Positions 37,874 through 50,672 of a stretch of DNA of 64,000 bases are shown one piece after another. Below the pieces are notes generated by a model. The model was not told where the DNA came from, made no database searches, and saw nothing but the letters and a program-made list of their open reading frames with translations. Numbering within the stretch: position 1 is the first letter of the stretch; the number at the start of each line of letters is the position of its first letter. The stretch comes from Mesotaenium endlicherianum. Taxonomy: Eukaryota. The stretch covers positions 705,473-769,472 of the forward strand of contig WELA01003517.1 in assembly GCA_009602735.1 (NCBI GenBank). The letters are read 5' to 3'. A program made the position numbers and the translations under genes.

Positions 37874-39503
37874 TTATGGCTTCTTCTCCTCCTTCTCTGC
37901 CTCTGCAGCCTTCTTGTTACGCCTACCCAACATCCTCTTGTTCATGCGCTCCAAGCGAAGCTTGTAATAGGCCTTGTTCGCCTTCATCTCATCAGTGATC
38001 TCAACAATCTCAGACACTGCCTTGTCCTGAGGGATTGCCAGGATAGGGCCTGTCAACTGTGTTACACTTGCAAGCTCCTCCGCCGTGGCATCACCAGCCT
38101 GGTAGCACAACAGATCACAATGATTAGCTAGCACACTCCCAAACTAAACACCGCCTACATAAGACACAGGACTTTCTGAGGTACTTCAGGTGCACCCAAA
38201 TGCCCGACCTCCCAAAAGCGTGCCCTACCCAGAGCCTGACCTCCAAGTCAACAACAGGACTCGTGCAAAGACATTCAGTACCAGCACCTGACTACATGGA
38301 CGCGTCCAACTTTACATGAATATGAACAAGTGCCAATTAAGTGAAAAATGACAAACCCCTGAACACTATTCAAGCCCTCCTATATGCAGCACATGGCCAT
38401 GAACTTCAGACCAGTGACAACGAGGAAAGGAGCTCATAGAAGGATTGGTCAAACCCTACAAACCCACCACAATATCCAGGTTATTCCCCACACGTACGGT
38501 CGGACTACTTCAATTGTGTTTAGTCTTAACTTGAGACTTCCACATATAGGTACGTACCTTTGTCTTCTTGGATCGGCGGGGGAAAACAATGAGCTTGGCT
38601 TTGTATGCCTTGAGCCTGTTGGCATTCTCCTGCAGACTCTCTAGGCACTTGTTCCTACGCCTGTGGTCAACAGCAATACCCACCGTAGGGGCAAGCTTGA
38701 CCGGAATACCAGCCTCCTGTTACCCCACCCACGCGTATTGACAAAAAGGTTGAGAAGTAGTATTCAAGCCAGTACCTATGCATCTGCACATGTTGGTTGG
38801 AATAGACTGCATGATAGTCACCAACTCGACGTCCTCCAACTTCCACTATAGTCTTCCACAAATTGCCCTCATCCACGACCGGCCGAAAATACATCCGGAA
38901 TCTCTGTCTTGACTTCATCTAGATGCCAAAGCTCAGTACAATACATCCCCCGTATCTGAGCCTGGCCTCAAAAAGCCACCCAAGAAGATGTCAAGACTAT
39001 GTGCGCCCTAAGGCTGATAAACCCCTCCAAGCACAGAATATTGCTGGAAAGAACGCACCTTCAGTTCCGCCAGAGTGAAACCACGACCAGCACGCAGCTT
39101 CATGTTGTATTTAACGGTCTGAGAGTGCACGACAGGCCTCAGTGGTCCTGCAGTGGGCCTTGGGAAGACACGGACAGCCTTGGTCTCACGGGCTGCTCAT
39201 CCATCCCAACTCCGCCGATAGATTAGCCTAACCCAGTCTCATGAGCAGGCTGTCGTTTGTACCTCGCATGTTTTCCCCTTTTAACTTCATTGATTCACAA
39301 CCTCCACAGGCATCTTATGTCCTCAGAAGCACACGTTAACATCTTTTCGTGAAAACTCTATGCCAGGCATATTGAACAGGTTTAACAAACCCACCAGCGC
39401 GTCTACGCTTCTTGCGAGCTGGCTGGTTAAACCATGTCCTCACGTAGGACTGCCAGTCCTTCTTGAAATGCTGGTGCGGTACTTCATTGTTATGCCTCAC
39501 CAT
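37874..39503 (-). CDS. RPL13: 60S ribosomal protein eL13; exons 39503-39395, 39192-39059, 38716-38558, 38098-37874; 5'UTR intron donor ~39689
   Basis: [77 protein letters not shown] and [13 protein letters not shown]. Confidence 0.96.
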
Positions 39504-39689
39504 CTTGGCAGCCCCTCAATTGCTGCAACCCCAGACAAATCAGGAGCTAAGTTATAACTCTCAGCTGATCGTGGAACTATACGACTTACCCCCTGCACAG
39601 AAGGGCTTCTTATTGTCTATCAAGCTGAACTAGATACATTGGGAACGAACATGCTTGAGCAAGAAAAAGCTTCGCCGCCCTGACTCACC

Positions 39690-39935
39690 TCTGGAGTAGC
39701 AGCCAAAGAGGAGATATCGAAAGGAAGACCAATCCTTATGGTAACAAAATGTTCGCTAGGGTTCCCTGAGGGCATGGCATACGATCATCGAACGGCAGAG
39801 GGTGATCGACATTGTCGCAATTGGGAAACAAGCACGCATCTCGCCGTCAAGAATGGTCGACAAGCATTACGGGCGCAAGAGAAACGAAGGAGAAGGTATG
39901 AATCGACCCCGCCGAATGTCATCGATCTCTTTCAG
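39690..39935. promoter_or_regulatory. Bidirectional RPL13/RPS16 promoter with TOP-like pyrimidine tracts and a telo-box-like element
   Basis: Minus strand CTTCCTTTC (~39720-39728) and plus strand CTCTTTC (~39927-39933) face outward. CTAGGGTTC (~39756-39764) resembles a telo-box. Confidence 0.5.
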
Positions 39936-39987
39936 CTGCTGGTCTCTGCTCACCCATCTCCTGGTCCGCTAAGTGAATAGAGCAGCC

Positions 39988-41826
<1,839 letters not shown>

Positions 41827-42995
41827 ACTATGTACATTCTTGTTTGCAATTTACCTGGAGGCGTCCTGAGCTTGGATGTTACTTCTTGTCAGGGCAGATT
41901 TGTCATGCATCTGGTGAGGTGCTCCTAGGCAGGAATGATCAGAGCAGGAAAATAACTACATCACGAGACAGGCTTGCATTGCAGGGCCTACTACAAATGT
42001 ATCACCCATATTCATCCTATCTTTTGGAAGGTTTTCTACCACAAAGGCTCCCATGCTTATACTACACTGTGTTCGTTGCACGTAATGTCTCACTGCCATT
42101 AGGGTTCTGATATGCGGCGTGTGTGCTCTTTAATTAAATGGTCTGTAAATGTGTTGGGAGTTGCTCATTACTCGAGCCTGTATAGAAGAAAGTGGGTTGC
42201 TCTTGAAATGGCATCCAGTATGCTCGTCGAATGCATATGCCATGTTCTGAGCAGTCTTTCCAGCTGACTATTCAAGTAACTTGTTACCGCTGTCAAAGAA
42301 CGAAGTATATGCTGTAGTGAATATTATTTGAAATAACTTTTGTGTTTGTACCTACAACAGGTAGCAGTGCACTGTGATTTCACATTGAGTGACATGTCTC
42401 GTCTGTGCCTGTCACCCATGTCGCAAATGCATCACCTTTGCAGCAAATGAATGATATAGAAATTTTGACAACAGAGTAAGTTGAAATGAAGAGGGGGCAT
42501 TGCAATGCAGACATGTGCATCCAAGGATAAACTCACTAGGTACTGAAACAACTATCCAAACAAAGTGGAAAGGAAAATGTCTGCGGTATTCACAAGGCTC
42601 AGGACAGAACTGGAGAACTGAGCCATAATAAAAGGAGCTGAGCTGCACTTGCTGCCTTATGTAGGCTTTGCATGCCTTCATTTTGCTAACATGAAGCCAT
42701 GTAAAGCATGAACATTCTACAGTAGTGTCGACTATGAGAAGTGACACTGCTAAAGAACGTTGGTGTACTTTCAGCTGGTGAACATGTTGCCATATTATGA
42801 TCAGCCAGGCCCTCTCGTATCTCAGCATGTGAAAGGCTCAGCATGTGAAGGCTTAGCCTAGGTGCACAAGGACCTACTACATTCTGTCTGCGCCTGCCTG
42901 GAGGACGATCATTACTATACAAATGTACATGAATCTAGCATGCCGCGCGCACAGATAATGCTATGGGCTGAAAGAGCCAATAGGGCACTGCAAAT

Positions 42996-45256
42996 CTAAG
43001 CTGCAAAGCATCCCAGCCTTGGGAGCCTGCGCCTGAAGACCTGGCGCAGCAGTAGTCTCCTCTTAGGCTTGGTCGCAGCAGCAGCATCAGACTCATTCAC
43101 ACCCTTCCCATCCTCGTGAGCGTTTTCTACCAGCTGCTCATGGAGTACCACAGCCTTGTCCTGCCCTTGAGGACTCTCCACCATCGGTTCCTCCCATAGA
43201 GGAGTGCCTGCTTCATCTTTCTGGAGACCGTCAGTCTCCTGCTGACCCTCGTGTCTCTCGCTCTCATCACTCTTATTTACCAGCTGCTCAGACAACTCTT
43301 TCCTCTTCGTCTGTCCTTCCGAAATTTCAAGAGACACAGCTCCATCTCCCGAGTTCGACGTCTGATTGGCAGCCTCGCTGTCTGCCGTAGGAAGGCCTGG
43401 CTGGGTGTTCCCTTGAGCGTCTGAGGCTTCTCCGCCTGCGCCTCCACCTCCGCTGCCTTCGTCTGCACTTACCTCCTCCTTGTCATTGTCATTGTCATTG
43501 TTGGACGAATGTAAGCCCTCCACCCCCAAGAGCGGGCCTTCGAGCTTCACCACCCGCTCCACTATTGGCTCTTTTTCTCCTTCTCCTTCTCCTTCAGGGT
43601 TGGAGCTAGGGGCTGTTGGGTCAATCACTGGTTCTGCAGCAATCGCAGTCACTAATCCTGCTGCTTCCAGAGCCTCTTCTCCTTCCGCCTCTCCCCCCTC
43701 TTTTCCCTCCCCCACCGCATCTGCACGCTCGCATCTGACCTCATCCTCTCCCCGGTCACTAGCAGCTTCTACCGCGGGGAAGGTATCAACATGATGTGAA
43801 GCAGCTACAGCTTCTTCGCTGCCAAACTTCAGCACCTGAACAGCAGTGCTGACGCCCTCGCCTTCGTGCACCCCCTCCTCCCGCTTACTCTGTGCAGCGC
43901 TGGCAGGAGTGCTCTCGCCAGCTCCTCTGGCAGCGTCACCGTCCTCCTCGGAGTCGTCGGGAAAGTCCTCTGCAGAGAAGCTGGGCCACTCGGCGGAGGC
44001 GGCGGTGTCGGGCTGGATCCACCCCGGGAGCCAGGGGCGGCAGCCCTTGCGCCACATGATGAGCATGGCCAGACGCTGCTCCTCCAGGCGGAGATTTTCG
44101 GCGCGCAGGTGCTCCACCTCCCTGCGCAGCTTGGCCAGCTGCGCCACGCTGTCGTCGTGTTGGCGCTGCTTGAGCACGTTGATGCCGTACTGCATGCGGA
44201 TGACCTTGGTCATCACACCGTACTTGAGCGTCTTCTCGGAGACGCGCAGGTTGAGCGGGTCGATACAAAACACCATGGACGCAAACGCGTTGCTGGCGGC
44301 GCCACCCAGGCACGGCTGCAACACGCGCGTCAGCGCCGAGCGCCGGTATGGCGGCTGCTCGCTCAGGTTCTTGCTCATGTGCGACAGCACCTCTGTCAGC
44401 GCCAGGAGGCCCTTGTTGATGTTCTCCGCCTCCCGCTTTCGCGCGCCTGTCGCCCCCGACTCCTTGGTGCTCTCGCTACCTGCCAGGTCCACGATGTACA
44501 AGCACCCCGAGGTGACCTCCTGGCTCTGTGCCTCCAGCTCCTCCTCCTCCTCTTCCCCCTCCTCCTGCCCCTCCATATACTCCCCCTCCTCCCGCTCCTG
44601 CCCCCCCCCCACATCCTGTTGCTGCTTCTGCTGCGACTCCCGCTGGCGCTGCCGGCGAGTGGCGACGGGGAGCGTGACATTGATTTTGAAGATGGTGTGC
44701 GAGCGGCTGCTGCGCGAGTTCTTAAGCGTGGCCGCGTAGTGCCGGCGGAGCTCGGCGATGCGGAACGTGTCCAGTGCCTCCTGCACGGAGCCCAGGCTCT
44801 TCTCCGTGGCCGGCTGTCGGTACCGGTTGCGCAGCATGCCGGGGCCCACCACGAGGAGCGGCTCCGGCGTGCCCGCGTGCAGCATGTCGAGCGCGCGCTC
44901 GTTATGGATGGCCACCACCGACAGTGTGCAAGCAAAGCCCTCCGCGCGGCGGCCCTGCGCCGCCTTGAAGATGTCGCGTATGGCGTGCGCAAACATGCCC
45001 GCTTCCTGGCGCGACCCGCTGATGCTGTGCGTCTTGCCGGAGCCCGTCTGCCCGTACAACAGCAGTGTGGCCTTGCACCCCTCCACGGCCTTCTGAACTG
45101 ACGCGCGCCCGAAATTCTCGTACACCTGCGAGCGACCGTGCGGGAGGCAACAAATGTGCGCCAATCCATGAGGCCACGGCGATCTGGTTGTTCGCTCCGA
45201 AAATAGGGAGGCCAAGTTGAGTGTGCAGCAAAAGACACACACTCACACACACGCAG

Positions 45257-45314
<58 letters not shown>

Positions 45315-45617
45315 NNNNNNNNNNNNNNNNNNNNNNNNNNNNNNNNNNNNNNNNNNNNNNNNNNNNNNNNNNNNNNNNNNNNNNNNNNNNNNNNNNNNNN
45401 NNNNNNNNNNNNNNNNNNNNNNNNNNNNNNNNNNNNNNNNNNNNNNNNNNNNNNNNNNNNNNNNNNNNNNNNNNNNNNNNNNNNNNNNNNNNNNNNNNNN
45501 NNNNNNNNNNNNNNNNNNNNNNNNNNNNNNNNNNNNNNNNNNNNNNNNNNNNNNNNNNNNNNNNNNNNNNNNNNNNNNNNNNNNNNNNNNNNNNNNNNNN
45601 NNNNNNNNNNNNNNNNN

Positions 45618-45689
<72 letters not shown>

Positions 45690-47080
45690 GCGTGTGCCAT
45701 TCCAAGAGGGAGTAACAGTCTGCTTGTTCGCTCGAAGGAGGGTGGCCAGCAGTCCGTCTGTGGAGGCATGTGACATTGCTGTCAGCTCCAGAGGGCTGAG
45801 TGCTTGTAATTCCCCTCCCTGGCAAGAGCTTTCGTCCAGCTGGATTGTTAATAACTATCTGCTCTCTTGCTCACGCTCCCAGGCTCTCTCTCCTACACAC
45901 ACCCCTCTCCTGGCAGGAGCAAGAAAGACCCCCGTGGTAAAATACTGTGGCAAAGACAAGGTCATAGGCTAGATACGCTTTTTCCCGTTACAGCTACTGC
46001 TTTAGCGCCCCCCCCTGCCATCAAGCAGTTGCGGGTATCCATCCTGTCGTTCCATGCACCGCTCAATAAACATGCACCGTGGATGCACAGCTGAAGTTAT
46101 GCTTGCTTGCTGGCTGAACTTCCCTTAGGAGCCCTAAATGGTGGTGCTCGGGTGCTACAACGGACCACGTTCAGCTGACTGTAAGCCAGGCAGAAAGAGG
46201 AGGGGCTGCTGAGCGAGCTGCTTACATCGAGGTTGACAGCGTCTTCCCCAAAGACTTGCTCAAAGGTGAAGCTGGGCAGGTCCGACTGCTTCTTTGGGGG
46301 CGTGGTGCGCGTCTCGATGCCGTACCCGGGCTGCACAACTGTCGCCTGGATCACCTGCTTCCGCCAGGTGGCATTGGCAGGGGAATGCATGAGCCTCTAG
46401 AGCCACTGAAAATATGAGCCGTTTCGAGAAGCTGGACACAGGGTGAGCAGGGCGAGAAAATGGGGGCTAACACTAGGACCACATTGGCAGGGGTGGGTAA
46501 AAAAATAGCCAGGCCTCAGGTCCACCCGCGTGAGACATATGACTTGAAAAGCAAGCACCTTTGACAACCCAATGCTTCAGGTCAGGTACAGAGCAACCAA
46601 AAATTCAAACTAATCTGGTGAGCGAAAGGTTTTATTTCAGCACAAAGCACATCGCTTCAGTTGCTTTAGCTGGTATATACATGGGGATACTTGATATACT
46701 TATTGTTCATTAGTGGTACTTGATACACTACGTGACCATTTGCTACTCATTTCAAAAATGTGATGGGCTTCATGAGGTGGAAAAAATAGCGTTTGTAGCA
46801 TCCTTCATCACTATTCGAAGGTGCGATAGGGGCCACAATGGCTTCCAATTAGTAATCTCCAAATCTTGTCCAATCAGAGGCTGCCACTACACTAAATTTG
46901 GCACATAAGTCTCTTCTTCCCACGGCAAGTTGCAATAAGTTATCAAGACAGTACCTTTCCGTGGGTGACCCACATTCGTGGGTAGTCATGCTCTGCTGGC
47001 CTTACACGACAAGCTACCCGGATGTACTCAGGCTTCACCGCCTGCTTACGATTCATGGTTTCCTCACTCTTCAGGTACAT
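42996..47080 (-). CDS. N-terminal-motor kinesin (divergent; kinesin-7-like or orphan); exons 47080-46955, 46354-46226, 45125-42996
   Basis: EYIRVACRVRP, FTFEQVF, P-loop YGQTGSGKT, switch I NSRSSRSH, switch II VDLAGSE, INKGLLAL and PYRRSALTRVLQ, then a short coiled coil and acidic tail. The start could be 47080 or 47056. Confidence 0.9.
45260..45689. repeat. (CT)n/(CA)n microsatellite spanning assembly gap 45315-45617 in a kinesin intron
   Basis: Direct read. Confidence 0.95.
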
Positions 47081-49564
47081 GCCGAATTTTCGAGCATGGA
47101 AGAGAAGCAGAACCACCACAGTATCTTACGTGTAAGTCAAGTGAAGTAGCTACCGTTATAGTATCGCTTACAAGACTGGGATGCCAAATATCAGACGGCT
47201 TTAGCACCCAACGCTGCCTCTGTAAGGTGACAGAAGCAACACCGGTCTGCCTTCTTCATTAACGACCTATACTACTCAAGAAATAATCTACTGCAATCTT
47301 ATGATCAGGCATAAGGAGTTGCTCGTGACTGCATCTTGTAGGAAAAAGTAGGATTTTCAGATTATTCAACAGGACGTCAGAGTTGCACGTCCAGCTGCAT
47401 CCAGCTGCCGAGGTTTGGCCGGGAATCACTCGCCTTGAGCCTCGTTTTGTATCGCAAGATGTCAGGTCGTGCGACGCGAAATTGGTCTTCCGTGGAACTA
47501 CCAACGCCGTCTTGCATTGGTGGACCGTGGGACAGAGCTCCGGGCAGTAGGAAGCCGGTAGGACTGGGTAGGACAGAGGTATGTCCTACTAATTAATGGA
47601 TCAGCTGCATGCCGCAGCCGAGGTGGCCGGAAATAGCTCTATAGGGCCCCCTGGGGGCCAGCTATTTCAACAGCGAAATTCCAGGACTGCCCAAAGTATT
47701 GTTCTGTGTTTACTAACACGTCGGGCGCACAACGTCAAGGCCTGCACCAGCCTCCACCAGCCTGCACACCCTAGCCTGCAGTCGCTGGCCGACCTTCACA
47801 TACTCTAGGTGCCGACAAAACCGACGTTTGATGTTCATTGGCTATGAAGGCCAATGAACACTCGCTGCAAATTGCCTGTCATTTGCAGATCACTGCTAGC
47901 CAGTCGGGAATCGGGAATACGAAATTTTGGACGTGCCATGACTGGCCATGACCTGCAACTTCGTGCTTCTTTACAATCGACGCCACATGCGTCCTTGACC
48001 AACTCGTTAACTAAAATGCGGTCAAACCCGGGTCAATGTTTTTGCTGGGGATTAAGTTCGTATATGCCAGCAAAAGCAGTCCACGTCGGCTCGCTTCGGC
48101 TACGTCACACGCCATGTTTAAGCTTTTTAGTTTCAGGAATTTAGAGAAAACGCCGTCTTGAGCAAGCTATAGGTCAACAAAGAATCTCTCCAACCTCATA
48201 TATTCTGGGGAAATAGCACAAAATGTGTAGCCGTAAAAGGTGTCACGATACGTGTGGAGATGGTAGGAATACATGAAACGGCATGAGCAGGTTGAAGACG
48301 GAACTTGAATCTGAAAAATGCCACGAGAAAGAAAGACAGCAAGGAAAAATACTTACTTTTTCAAGCTGATGGCATAGAGTAAAAGCAACGGCATAATAGT
48401 GAATTTCAGTTGATACAATGTGTATTTGCATGTTAAGCGAGACGAACAGCGAGGAGACGATTAACCAATTAGGGTTGAGGCTGCCGAACTGACCGGGCCA
48501 TCTGGGTTTGTTTAAATCGGTTTGCGAGGCGACGAACGGGCGTCAACCAATTGGGGTTGATGCTGCCCGTTGTGACCGGGTCCGATGGGGTCGTTTAGTT
48601 TGGTATAATGTTTGAGTGTGTGCATCTCCATTGCGGATTAACTTTTTGATATATGGTACGTTATTGAGCAATTGGATCCGTCCGCCGCCTTGCACACCTT
48701 GACGTTGCCGATGCCTTTCCTTGATATTGATTACTATTCGATTCCAGTTGGATCAATTTCAATATTTTTTAATTCTTTGCATATACATAGTAAAATCCCG
48801 CCCCTTGAAACGGGGGTTGGAGTTAGGGTCGATACCGGTTGAATAAATGGAGCTATATTTTGGCCATTGCGCTTGGGTCGTTTTCCCAGCCCTTGACGCG
48901 TGAATGTCATGACGTGTTTGTTTGTCACATTAATGTTTTACGGGACGTTTGGTACAAACCCCTGGATTCATAACTTTTTGGATGTTATTCGTCATTTTGG
49001 ATGTTATAAAACTCGATCAAAAGAAAAAGGATGTCAAATAAAATCCAATATTTTGAAAGCGGATGTCACATAAAACTCGGAAATTCTTGATTTGGATGCC
49101 AAAAAAATCAAGTCATTACATTTCGGGTGTTTTTTACCAATAGGTTACGGGCCCCAGAAGCTAGGCCTTAGGGGCCACAGCTTACGAAATGTGATTGCAC
49201 CGTTACTGGTCATTTACCAGTGACCATTGGCCCATCACTCATGAGCACTCATGAGTCACGACTCATGACTCACGGTCCACGTATCACAGACGACTCACAA
49301 GAAATGACGTGAAATATGAATATTAGATTACCATACACTTGCATCCCATCATCCTCGTCGATGTTAGGAGGTACCTGTACAAACTGCAAATTCCTACTTA
49401 AATTGTCAAAGGCAAAATATTTTTCCTGATTAGATTTCAATCGAGGCTGAAACTTAGCGTGACATTGAGACTTAAATTGAGATTGATAGTGACGAACAAG
49501 GAGGAAGCCTCTAGGACTCTGATTGTGCTCTATTATTTCTTCTTCAGTGAATGTTAATACTTTG

Positions 49565-49931
49565 CAAATTACTAAGTTTGTGGGGTAATCTTCTAAGCGT
49601 CTGAACCTTCTCAAAGAGACACAAAAAGAGATGAAGGTTTCCTGTTGATTCGATCCAAGGCGTTTCTTCTCCGTCCGTTGGTTGTTAAGACGGGCTGTGG
49701 TGGAACGACAAAGAAGAGTGTTGCTTGCCATTCTTATAGCAATGATGACTTCAAAAAAGGACAAGTTGTATGCAAGGGTGTGCAACTGGGAGCTGTTATG
49801 CTTCTGAACTTCTTGCGAGATGGTCTTTCAAAGGTTGACGTCTTGAACGAGATTTTCGAAGATCAAAAAGTCAATCTTGTTGAGATAGGGGCATCAATTG
49901 AGCAGCTCATTGACTTCATCAAAGTCCGCTA
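49565..49931 (+). pseudogene. Degenerate hAT (ZNF862-like) transposase fragment, continuing after the LTR element at 56099
   Basis: KFVG*SSKRLNLLKETQKEM...SVRWLLRRAVVERQRRVLLAIL, then frameshifted LLNFLRDGLSKVDVLNEIFEDQKVNLVEIGASIEQLIDFIKVRY, rejoining as LIKEKNG across the CGCTA TSD. Contains stops and a frameshift. Confidence 0.7.
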
Positions 49932-50672
49932 TGAAGGGGGCAAAATGCCCTAGTGGAAGTGTAGTGACTTACGAGGAAAGGAACTAGTTGCAATCATACT
50001 AAAGAGTGCAGCGGCATGTCACTAAGAAAGCTTAGGAAAATTACTTGACATTTTGAGTGGCAAGAAATTGCTCACAAATGATGTAGGATGAAAGGCCTTG
50101 TCATTACAAACCCGTAGAAATTTACAGAAGTGAAAACTGATAAGAAACAAAGAATTTCTGCCTATTTACAATTTTCTGCCTAAGTGCTCCTCTCAAGGAG
50201 GAAGCTACGGATTGTTTTTGTTCGTCAAATCGTCCCTTCCAGAATATTCGTGAGTAAGCCAGATCAGTCTAATCTGACGTGTAGGGCCGAATTGACGTCC
50301 ACATACATGCATCGTCATTACTAGAATATTCTATCTTAGACGCGCTAGGCTAAACCGAAACTTCTAGGTAAATCGACCTAGTCGGCACTCCGCGTCAGCC
50401 GAACTTACGTGAAGGTTCGAGTTCATTCTAACGGGCCGGATCGCTCGACGCTGTCGGTCAATCCGACGGTCGCGCTCACCGCGAATTAAGGACAGTCGTC
50501 AACCGACCTCAAAAATGATTAAACTTCGGAAATCCATAACTCTCTCAATACTTGACCAAATTCGATGAACTTTTTATCAAAATGACCACAAAAATGCACT
50601 CTATACTACTACACAATCAAAACATACTTTCATGAAACTCAAAAATGCACTTTATAAACCTATAACCTTACA
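49932..50672 (-). repeat. 3' LTR
   Basis: About 96% identical by manual count to 55334-56093; adjacent to the PPT. Confidence 0.95.

Noticed and set aside
47630..47668. Hairpin GAAATAGCT...GGCCCCC-T-GGGGGCC-AGCTATTTC and a ~33-bp diverged direct repeat (47392/47602)
   Set aside because: Short and isolated; no TSD or functional context.
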